The notes beneath the pieces are model-generated. The model was not told the DNA's origin, did no database searches, and saw nothing but the letters and a program-made list of their open reading frames with translations. A program made the translations under genes and the position numbers. Source: Geosiphon pyriformis uo1 (taxonomy: Eukaryota > Fungi > Glomeromycota). Taken from it: a DNA stretch of 64,000 nt. Where the stretch lies: contig JAAOMT010000096.1 in assembly GCA_016748015.1 (NCBI GenBank), positions 391,087-455,086 on the forward strand, read 5' to 3'. This document shows, in pieces, positions 53,286 through 64,000 of the stretch. The stretch's first letter is position 1. Each line of letters opens with the position of its first letter.

Positions 53286-55244
53286 ATGGATCCGGCTGGC
53301 TCTTCTGCTGGTGTTTCGGGCTCGATTTCAACTGGGTTGGGGTCCCGGTCAGGCTCTAAAAAGAAGGCTCGCGTTGAGAGTATTTACTCTCGTGGTGCCT
53401 CTTTCAAGAAAGTAAGGAAACCTGTCATGTCTGGTACCATGGTAGATTCTCCAGCTGGACTTTTGTATGCAGACCCGTTGCTGGCTGATGGCGGTAAACG
53501 TAAGGCATTTTGGGGTAGTGAAGTGGAGAACGAGAATAACAACGTCAGTGAGGTGTCTGACTTGGAGGATATGGAAAACTTGGTTGCCGAAGAAACTAGT
53601 TACATCGATTTCAATGCCTCTGGAAATGATGACTTGATGGATGACGTTACTCCGAAGAAGACGAGAACAAGGACGTATGTCTTAGGCAAGCCGCCGAGAC
53701 AACCTTCTTTCAACCTGGAAAACGACAACAATAGTGTTTTGGAGCTCCCTTCTCGCACGTTTGTTGGGTCCAATCAGTTGCTGCTGCCCAAGTCATGTGG
53801 TTTAGAGTGTCATCGTTTCGAGCCAGTAAAATCTTTTACTTTAGATGTGGAGTTGTCAGCTGTGCCTGGAAAGTCAAATAGTGATAAGTTGTTTAAGGTC
53901 AAAAAGATTTTTTATAAAATTGACGGTTTTGGGGGTGCTTCGACTCTTTCAAAATTTCCTGGAGTCATTAGGTCAACTTTCACAAGTGAGTCTAGTTTGG
54001 TTAAGGCCAGAGAGTTGGCGATCTGTAAAAAAATATTGGTAAATGATGATCTAAGAAAAGTAAACAGCCATTCAGATCGGGAGGTGATCATCAAAAAAAT
54101 CTCTGTAGATCTTCCCAAATCGGCAATTGAGGCGGTGTTCTCCAGATTTGGCAAGATTGTTTCAATCAAAGTGCAGCTTATTGGTCTTTGGCAAAAGGCC
54201 CTGGTAGAATATGAATCATCTGAGATGGCTGATTTGGTCGCAGCTAGATGGTCTGTGCTCATGAGAAAGGATTCGGTCTGAGTGGCAAAAGCAAATATTG
54301 ATAAACAAATGTGGGTATTGAGGGATCAGCATCGGGCTTTATTTTATACTCTTCCAGTTGGCACTAATGCTCATGACCTCTCCAATTTGTTGGAATCATA
54401 TGGTAGGAAGACTTGTTATATCAGCCGTAACCCTAGTTCATATGTTCATGATAGATGTGCTGTAATTTGTTTTGGTGATAAGGCATCCAAATTGGCTGCT
54501 ATTGAAACCGTTCCAGTTTTCAGGAATGTGAATTTGCGTTGGACTGGTCTTTCTTTGGCCAGTTGTGCTCGTTGTAAACAATTTGGTCATGTTTCGGTCA
54601 ATTGTTCCTTAGGTGTGTATTCTGGTGTTTGAAGAAGAAGGGTGGTTTCTGAGCAAGATCGGGTTTGTCTAGCTGGGATATATAAGAAGAAGTCGGCCCC
54701 TGTTGCTCGTCCAGTTTCTTTTGGTGGGAAGACATGGGCCCAAGTGGCAGGCAGTTCCCCCTCTTGCGTTGTCTTTTCAGGTGCTCCTAGTGTCAGTTTG
54801 GTCTCTGGTTCGATGGCTTTCTCAATGGATTCCTTCTCGTCTGGTGCCGCTGATCTAGGTGGTCGCCTAGCTGTGCTGGAATGCTCCGTAGAAATTCTCT
54901 CAGACCAAGTCTCACTCATTTTAAAGAAGTTAAGTTTCGTTGACTTGGTGCCATTGGCGTCTTCTCCCTCAGCTCTTCCTTTGGTGTCTCCAACTGCCAT
55001 TGTTTCAGATATGGACCCGGGTTTGGAGTTGGATGGCATGTTGTTGTTGTCTGCCTCTTCTTCTCCCAATGTTGGTGGGTCGGTTGTTGATTTCAGTCCG
55101 AGCAGTTCTAAGGTTTTGACTGCCAAGATTGGTGGTTTGGAATCAAATATGATGGCTCTTAAGGCTTCAATTTGCTTGGTCTTGGATAGATTAAATCATC
55201 TGCGTTCTGGATCAGGTTCGTTGGCTTTTCCTCCATCTCAATGA
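53286..55244 (+). pseudogene. LINE ORF1 (RRM-like region, CCHC knuckle, coiled coil), two in-frame TGA stops
   Basis: ORFs 53154-54281, 54282-54632 and 54642-55244 are in one frame; AVFSRFGKIVSI and CARCKQFGHVSVNC; first ATG at 53286. Confidence 0.9.
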
Positions 55245-58200
55245 GTAGTTTGGTTTGGAAATTTGCTACGTGCAATGTTCGGGGTATCAATGTTCCTGCG
55301 AAACAAGCGGATGTTATTTGTTGGCATGTAAACTCGGGAAATATGGTTTCTTTTATCACTGAAACTAAGTTGAGGTCCTCTTCTGGGCCATGGATAAAGG
55401 ATAAGTTTGATGGAGTGCGAGTATTTTCTTCTGGCTTGGATAAGGGTTTCATGGGTGCTGAGGTTGCGATTGTTATGAACACTTCTTTGGCCCATCATGT
55501 ATCTAAGGTGGAGGAGATTCCTGGTTGGGTTATTTCTGTTCAGCTCCTGTTTAAAGGCAAGCTCTCGGTTACTGTTTTGGGGTTGTATGCTGGTGCCTCC
55601 TCTGGGGCTAGATTTGGTCAGGCTTCTGAAGTTAACACCCTTATTACAAAGGCGGTCAATTCCAGCAATTTTGTTGTCTTGGGTGGGGACCTTAATGAGA
55701 ATGGATCTGGTAGAAGTGCTAGTTTCAAGTTTTGTTTGAGTTTGGGTTTGGTCAATTCATTTGTTGGTTATCATTTGGCTAATTCTTATACATGGAGCAA
55801 TTCAAGAGAGGTTGGAAAAACAATTGATTACATTTTTATTGGTGGTAATTTGTCTTCTGCTGTTGCTGGTCATCAAGTTGTCTCTGTTTCGGATTTCTTT
55901 GACACCGATCACAAGGCAGTTGTGGTTTCAGTCGGTTTGGATGGGCTTCTAGATGTACAATTGAACAGTTTGCGCAAGCAGGTGAATAAGGATCGTTGGA
56001 AGTTCAAAATCAGGAATGCTGACTGTGTTGGATGGGCTAAGTTTAAGGATCTCTCGTCAGCTAAACTTTTATCTTTGGGTGAGGTGTTCTCTGGTGCCGA
56101 AATACGTGGTAATGTGGATGCTATGTGGGCAGTTCTGGTGGGAGCTGTGGTAGATTCTGCTGATGTGACATTTTCGAGGCATTGGTTTAGTGAATTCAAG
56201 TGTTCGAGAAACAAACATTCTTCTAGGTTTTTTGGTCTGGAATTGTTGGTGGCCAAGATTGTCAAGAAATTTTGCTTTGGTGACTTGCTGGGCACTGATC
56301 GTCTTGTGAGTAAATGGTCGACTCTGAATGATGCGAAGGCTCGTGCTTTCAAGGATTTGGTTGGCTTGGGTGTTAAATCTGATGTTGTTGTTAGGCATTT
56401 GTCATTGGTTCGTAGAAATTACAAGAGGTTGAAGATGTTTGAGTCAAAGTTGGCTGAGGAAGCTTCGGTTAAGAAGGCGATTGAGAAGTGCATGGATAAT
56501 TTCTGTTCGGATAAGGGTAGTATGATCAGGAGTGTGTTGGAAAAGCCTTTTCGCAAGGTTGTGTTGGATCACTTGATAGTTGATGATGATCTGGTTTTGT
56601 TGCCTGAAGAGGTGAAGTCCAGTGTGGATGAAATAATGGAGGGGTAGACGAGGAAACGCTCTGTGCAGTCAGTGCTTCCTGATTTTTGGGCTCGTCAGTA
56701 CGCGCCTTTGGATTATGTTCGGGATGATGCTTTTTCAGGTGTTATGAGTGCAATCAGTATGGGTGAGTTACTTTCTGTTGTTGGTGGTCTTCCTGATGGC
56801 AAGGCTGCTGGTTTGTCTGGTGTTCCTAATGAGTTATGGAAACATGGTGGTGAGGTAGTTTTGGGTTTAATAAATGTTTGTCAGGTGGTGTGGTGCCTGT
56901 TTTGTGGAAGAGCGCTTGGGTGTCTATGATTCCTAAGCCTTATGACTGGGATGGAGTTCTTACGAACACTCGGCCCATTGCTTTGATTGAAACTGCCAGG
57001 AAGATTCTTTCCAAGATTCTGTCTGACCGTATTTTAATGGCTTGTAGCAAGTTCAATGTTCTTCAGGGTGACAACTTTTCGGTGCTGAAGGGTACGTCAA
57101 CACAATCTCCGGTGTTTGCTGTTGGTTCAGTAATTGAGGATGCCATTGAGAAAGATAGGGAGTTATGGTTGGTCTTGCAAGATATGCGGAAAGCTTACGA
57201 TTCAGTTGGGTGGTATCATTTAAGAGCTAGTTTGCGGCATGTCAAGATGTGTGAGAGGTTTATAAGGTTCTTTGGTGGTATTCATGAGAATAGAGTTAAT
57301 AGGGTGATGACTGACTTTGGTTTGTCTAGTGGTTATAAGGTGCATGATGGGCTGGACCAGGGTGAGGTCTTTTCGCCACTTCTTTGGAGGATTTTTTACG
57401 ATCCGCTTTTGTGTGAGGTTAAAAGGCACGAACAATTGTGTAGGTACCGGATTAATACTAAGTTTGTTTCGAAATCTGGCAGAATTGAGGGCAGTAGTGG
57501 TTTGACGTCGTATTTTTCAGCTGGTGCATTTGTCGATGAGATCTGGGTTGAAAATTGTCAGGCTTCTACTCAATATGCTCTGAACATTGCCAGTGAATTT
57601 TTTGTGATCAATGACATTTCTATCAATAGTGAGAAGACGGTGGCTATTCTCATCAATCAGAGCGTTAAAGTTGCTTCACTGAACATTTGTGGTCAGCCAA
57701 TCTCTATTGCCAAGAAAGGGGAAGCACATCGGTATCTGGGTATTTTTCTGTCGACTAAGGGGCTCTCCAAGCCGAGTGTTACCAAGACTCATGCGGATGT
57801 ACATTTCTTTGTCAATGTTGTGCTTAAGAAGGCTATTACAGACAAACAATTCTCGTATCTGGTGTCAGCTGTTTTGCAGTCTATTGTTAGCTATCGTACT
57901 CAGTTCAGTTTTGTCTCATCTAATGTTTGTCGCAAGTGGGATGTCTTGGTTAGAAAGGATCTTAGGTCCAAGACTTGTCTCCCCCGTGATTTTCCTGACA
58001 CTACTTTGCATCATCCCTCATTGTATGGCCTAAAGCCTTTTGAGCAGGTGTAGTCTGAAGGGAAGGTTGCTGCTTTGATGGTGTTCTTTAATGCTTTTGG
58101 CATTTTTGGGCGTTTGTTTAGACATAGGTTTTTGGACCTACAGATTCTTGGTTGGGCTTCTTTGAATCCTTTGCAGTTTCTAGTCAGGTTGCGTGTTAGT

Positions 58201-59907
58201 CTGGTGAACAATTTTTTGGCTGGGATGGTGAAGATCTTTTTGGACAATGAGCTTACTTTGGTGAACAACCTCCCTACTGCATTTCGTAGTCCTGGTCGGT
58301 TCCCGTTGTCCTCTGTTCTTGGAAAGTCTCTGTATTTTGATTCGGTCAAATCTCTTAAACGTTTTGATGTCGCTTTTGGTGATCGGCTTTTTGATAAGAA
58401 AGGTGTTTTGTTGGATTGGAAAACTTTTCGTCGTTGGAAGAGGTTGGATCCGCGTGGCCCTGTGCCTCACTGGTTTATGGTTTCTTCTGAGTTTTTGAAA
58501 GGTCAGGTTTACTTATTTTCTGGTTCTGTTGGCTCAGCAGAAAAGCTTGGTTTGGACATTTTGGGGTCTGGGGAATTTTTTGCGGTTAAAGATAGATTGC
58601 ATGACATTTGGTCAGACTCTTTTGAAGTTTTCACAGATGGGTCTTTAAGGAATGCAGGCTCTGCTGAGGTCGCCTGTGGTGCTGCTGCGTACTTTCCGGG
58701 CTTGGATATGAGTATTGGTGTCGCTGTTTGTGGTCTTTTGTTATCTACTATGGCCGAATTACAGGCTGTCGCTTTGGCTTTGGAGTGTGTTTTTTCTTCA
58801 AGTACTGTGGTGTTGTGTCTTGACAGCCAGGCTGCCATTGATGCATGTGTGTCTGAGATGTCTTTGGTTGCTTCTGATTTCCGTAATCAATACTGGCTGG
58901 AAAGGCGTCATATTTTCAATTTGGTCAGGGATAAGGATCTTCGTGTGAGTTGGGTTAAGGTGAAAGGACACTCTGGGATTCCTGATAATGTGAGAGCTGA
59001 CTTGGCTGCTGGGGCTGCCTCTAGGTCTCTCTTTTCCCTTTGTGCCGATGTGCATGAACATTTTTTGGTTGCTGAGAGTGTCGTTGTTTCTGGTAATGCC
59101 CGTCATTTTATCAGAAATATTTTTCGATTAATTCGTTGTGCTCGTTGGGAAGCTGGGCCTGGTTGTGATGTAGTTCCGGATGCGATGATTGGTTGCATAG
59201 ACTGGGTTGTCACAGCGAAGGTGTGGCATCCTGATTCTCATATGCTTGCTGGGTTCACTAGCCGCGCATCCTCATCGCTTCGCATTTATGTTATGAAGGC
59301 TGTGTACAGGAGGTTGCCGGTGGCCATTAGGAAGAGGTTGTATGATAAATATTACCCTAGTGTGTTGTGTTTGTTTTGCGATAAGGTGGAGTTCTCTGAC
59401 CACGTTTTTACTTGTGTTCATGAGTCTGGCATTTGTGATGAGATTTTGGCGGAGGCTTCTGCTCGTTGGTCAGCTTTGGCTGGTGGTTCCTCTGCTTCTG
59501 CTGTGTTGTGGGTTTTGTCTCAATGTTCCATTGATGTTGGGCTGTACACTTTGGTGTGCAAAGGGTTTGTGCTGGAGGAGTGGTATGAGGAGGCTTGCAA
59601 TGTTTTTGAGGATAAAAAGGTGGCCACTGCTAGGATTGTTAATTATGTCAGGTTTGTTGTTGGTTTACATCGTGCTAAGGTATGGTTGGCTAGAGCCAGC
59701 CACCGAGTGGTGATGGAGAAAGCTGGTCTGGTCTGTGATGTTGGTGTTGTTTCTGGGCTCCCTTGTGGTGTGTCTTCGGTTTTGTCTGACGGTGTTGTGA
59801 GATTGCTTGGTTTGGCCAATTCCTTTGCTGTTAGCTTTGGTCGTCGGAAGCCTTTTTGTTTCTTTTCTGGTCTGGGTGGCAGTGTGCGGGTAGTTATAGA
59901 TGTGTAG
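55241..59907 (+). pseudogene. LINE ORF2: APE endonuclease, RT, RNase H, C-terminal CCHC finger
   Basis: CNVRG, TETK, GDLN, IDYIF, TDH; RPIAL, DMRKAYDSV, QGEVFSPLLW, AFVDE; FTDGS, AELQA, DSQA, VKGHSG; CLFCDKVEFSDHVFTC. Two TAG stops and one frameshift near 56870. Confidence 0.95.
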
Positions 59908-62800
59908 TGTTGCCTTGTCTGGCCTGAGTGGCTAGCCACATGTAGAAAGTGCATGAGTCGCGTTTAGTTTGAGCCTCTTAGTTTGGTTCTATGTACTAGA
60001 TAGCGATTGGGCTACACTCGTTAAATGCGTTAAATAAATTGAACTCAAGTTTTTGAAATATGTTGTAAGCAAAAACTGCATCAAAATAGATCTAAATAAA
60101 ATTAAGATAGTTAAAAACTTTTTAGTATAAACTTAATTAAATTAAAAACATTTTTGAAATTTGCTAAATATTATTGCCACTTTATTCAAAATTTTTTTAA
60201 ACTGGTTTAATTACTATACCATTTTTAAACAAAGAATATTAAATATAAATAGACTAAAAAACAACAAGAAGCTTTTAATACATTAAGAAAAAAGCTTATT
60301 TAAGGTTTAGTGTTAATCTACTTAGATTACAGCAAGCTATTTATTATTATTATTGATGTATTAGATTAAGTATTAAAAACTGTATTATTACAAAAAAAAT
60401 CAAATAAATAAAAATATTCAGTGATATATGCCAACTGAAATTTGAATCTAGTTAAAAAAACTATAAAATTCTAGCATTAAAACATTTAGCTATTTATTGA
60501 ACTGTTATTAAATAAAAAAAATACTTAAGCCAAAAATTGGATATATATACTAACCATAAAGAATTGACATCAATTTAAAAGCAAAAATTTGAAAACAATT
60601 GTTATATAAAATAAAAAATAAAAATATCACTATTTAATTATACAGTACACTATAAAAAAAATATAGAAATGTTAACAGTTTATTATGAATAAAATAAATT
60701 TAAAAACATTTTAATCCAAAAATATAACAAAAGATAAATACACAAAAATATTAACAATTCTAATATTATATGAACACTCAACAATTCAAAAAAAAATTAT
60801 CTTGAAAAGAACAAAACAATATAAAACAACAATTAAAATATTTTATTACTTACCAAAATATATTATATTAAAAAACCAAAAAAAATTCAGATCAGCCACT
60901 TAAAATAATTACAAAATTAGAAAAAGAAATAATACTGTTTAATATGTACTCAGATCTAATTGCAGAATATTTTTATAAAAAAACAACCATAAAAAAAACC
61001 GGAAAAAGATACTATTGGTCATCAATATATTCAGATATTATTCAATATGTTCAAAATTGTAATGTTTGTCAAAAAAAAGAAGGAACAAGACTCAGTAAAC
61101 CACTAAAACCAATTAAAATAGAACAATCATTTAATTGAATTGGAATTGATTTAATAAAATCATTAATCATAACTAGTAAAGACAATTAATACATAATAAT
61201 AGCCATAAACTATCTTACAAAATAGCCAAAAGCTAAAGTTATTCAAAGAGCAAATACAGAATTTGTAGCTAAATTCATATACCAAGATTTAATTTGTCAA
61301 TATAAAAGTCCAAAAAAATTGTTATCAGACCAAAAAACTTATTTTGTAAACAAAACATTGACAAAATTAAGTCAAAAATTTGGAATTAAAAAACCACTAT
61401 TATTTTTATATTATTTATAAACAAATAGTTTAGTTAAAAAGTTCAATAGAATATTATATAAAATGATAACCAAAATCAATCAAAAAACAAAGACAAATAA
61501 GATTTGTTTATATTATCAGTATTATTTGCTTATTAAACAATAAAACAAAATATCATACAAATAACATTATTAAACTAATTTATAGTAAAACAGCAATATT
61601 ATTAGTTAAGATAGATATTAATAAATATTCAACAGAACCAATAACAGAAGTCAATTTTTAAGAAACATTGCTAAAAAAAATATATTACTTAATGAAAACT
61701 CTAAAAAACAAAAGACAAAAAGCAGTTAATAACATATAAAAATTACAAAAAAAACAAAAAAAACAAAAAAATAACATAACAATCAATTACCAAATAAATT
61801 GGTCAAATTCAAAATTAAAAACAAAATATTCTTATATTGTACCAAAGTGAAAAAACAATGGAGTGAAAAGTTTGATCTTAAATAAGATAATTTATTTTAC
61901 ATTGAAAAAATTTTAGGAAATAAAGCTTATAAATTAAAATAAAACAACAGAATCTTAACCAAAGCAGTATATAATAATTGATTAAAATTATATTATAATA
62001 TAGTATTATTATTTACTAGTAATATTGCACAATTGAGAGTATAAAGAATATTAGTTAAACCAAATAAAATTTTGTAAGATTTGAAACCAATCATAATTAT
62101 CAAAGAAAACACAAAAAATAAATCAAGATAAAAGTATATAAAAATACAATAAATGTAATAAAAACAACAATAAAAGATAAAAATCTTAAATCACATTTAC
62201 ACAATAGCACAATAATTATTCTAAGCCATAAATCAACAACAATTGAACATAAAAATTATCATTAATCACCAAAAAATTTGTTATAAAAACACAAAAAGAA
62301 AAAAAAAAACAAAGATTACTTTATATTAACAATTACAAAACCAAACAAAACACTAATTAAATAAAATTATAAAAAAAGTAAAAAACACTTTTGGAAAAAT
62401 ACCAATTATTGTTTAAACAAAAGAATTAACTAAAAAAACTGAAAGCTATAGATAAAACAACTTCTAATAGCATACTGTTATTATTAATTAAGACAAAAAC
62501 TAAATATTTAGAAATTGTATATCAACAAATCCAAAAAAATGTTTAATTAAGAAATAGTACAACAGATTAAAGACTTTATTAAAAAAAAACAAGTTATTAA
62601 TTACATACTATATTTTAAAATTATTCAAAATACTATTATATTTAGAAATAAAAACAATAACTATTAACCAGTAAGAAAGAATAACCAATTTTTAATTCAA
62701 AGACATAAAACCCAAAATTAAATAAATAGTATTAGAAAAAAAAATAATAAACATAATTCAAAATAAAAATTTCAACAAAGCTTAATATTAAAGAAGATAA

Positions 62801-63212
62801 TATTATTTATAGAAAAAAAGTACAAAAAAAGATAAAAAAAAACAGATTATAAAATAAATCAATAAGAGAATAGTACTCAATAAGTGAACATATTTTCAGG
62901 AAATTATAACACATTTCCAGAAAGTAATATAGAAAAAGAATAGAAATATATACAATTTTGTATAACACAAAATATATATATAGCAAAAGTATTAAAAGCA
63001 AAAAAAACAGAAACTAAAAACAAATAATTTATTTAATACTTTTTTCTTTAAAAAATAATTTTTTATAACTTAAAATAGAATCATATTTATATTAATAAAA
63101 TACTTATTACTATTTAATTTATATTATTATTGATTAATTAAAAAAATATTAATTACTTCTATATTATTAACAACTTATATTGATAAAATTTAATATTTAA
63201 TTACATTAAACT
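62801..63212 (+). repeat. Truncated 3' LTR of copy D
   Basis: Aligns with 46390-46790, then stops abruptly. Confidence 0.85.
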
Positions 63213-64000
63213 AGGGTTTTAAGTGTACTCAGTGCCCAAATTTCATTGTTGAGATCCTAATAGTTGTGTCAAAGAACTGGAAATCGGTTAATGGACTACC
63301 ATTGACAATCTCCAGCTCTGTTGTATCAGTTTTGGCCTTTGGATTCCATTTTGAAGTAAATTTTGTGATGGTGCTGGAATTTATTGGGACTGATAAATTA
63401 CTTGAGGCTGCAGCTAATAAATGGGTTGGGCTGTAGTTAATAAATGACAGATATTGTTGGCTGATAAAGGGGTGGTTGATAAATTTGTGGCTGCATCATA
63501 GGTATGTAATTTGGTTGATATATTGCTGAGTTTGATTGATAACTTGGAATTGGAAACCTGTGATCAGAGTTTCGATATTGATTTCCCGATTGTTGGTTTT
63601 CTATTCTTAACTGACAATTGATTCTCAAATGGCTTTGTTTACTATAATAGTGGCAAACACATGTCTCTTGTTGTCACTGTTGATTGGTAGAGGATAATGG
63701 ATGCAACTGATTCTGGGAACAATTCATGTTTTCTTGATTATTGCATCATTGTGGAGATAGATAAATTGCTTGATTATTAGCTAAGTATTCCTCTAATTTT
63801 TGGTTAATAGAATCACTGAATTGTTTCAACTTAGAATCCAATTCAGATGAGCCATTTATTACTAGATTAACAGCTTAAGTGTGGTTAGCTTTGAGTTCTG
63901 CTGCTTCAAAATCTCTGGCATTCATAATGGCGGCTTGGAGATCTGCCAAGTGTATTGGACATATGCATTAGAGAATGCTACTGTGCAGGCCTCAAATAAA
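63213..64000 (-). mobile_element. gag: gag fragment of another A/B-family Gypsy copy
   Basis: Homologous to 2780-3590 of copy A (RDFEAAELKAN, knuckle CHYYSKQSHLRINC, QPQIYQPP repeats). Confidence 0.85.

Larger units (their letters stand above)
53157..60035 (+). mobile_element. Full-length young LINE copy L4 with RNase H, inserted in the RT of copy D
   Basis: Abrupt rise in GC and CpG content; ORF1 plus ORF2; TSD AAATTGAACTCAA at 53131-53143 and 60036-60048. Confidence 0.97.
46390..63212 (+). mobile_element. Decayed Ty3/Gypsy copy D (A/B-related), hosting a solo LTR and LINE L4
   Basis: 5' LTR 46390-47190, PBS 47193-47208, gag, PR near 50500, dUTPase about 51949-52340, RT split by L4, IN about 60900-62000, PPT near 62790, partial 3' LTR. 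Confidence 0.9.

Noticed and set aside
53912-59954. Numerous antisense ORFs over LINE L4
   Set aside because: Explained by the codon and strand bias of the sense ORFs; no domains and no conservation evident.

Overview
The window is a nested eukaryotic transposon graveyard. I found no host gene, RNA gene or CRISPR array. It holds at least six Ty3/Gypsy LTR-retrotransposon copies or fragments from several families, two solo LTRs with 4-bp target-site duplications, further LTR relics, and four non-LTR (LINE) copies with an APE-RT-RNase H-zinc finger ORF2. The youngest LINE (about 53157-60035) is nearly intact. Very AT-rich stretches are heavily decayed older elements. The proteins resemble, from memory and not from a search, the repeats of Glomeromycotina fungi such as Geosiphon. 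Highlights: (1) a transition-only C>T/G>A decay pattern enriched at CpG and TpC/CpC rather than the CpA of classical RIP; (2) Gypsy polyproteins carrying Cys-rich inserts, a dUTPase and a second degenerate dUTPase-like domain; (3) a non-env ORF3 and a conserved motif just before the polypurine tract, shared by families with unrelated LTRs; (4) a conserved, probably structured LINE 3' UTR. All alignments were done by eye, and internal domain borders are approximate.
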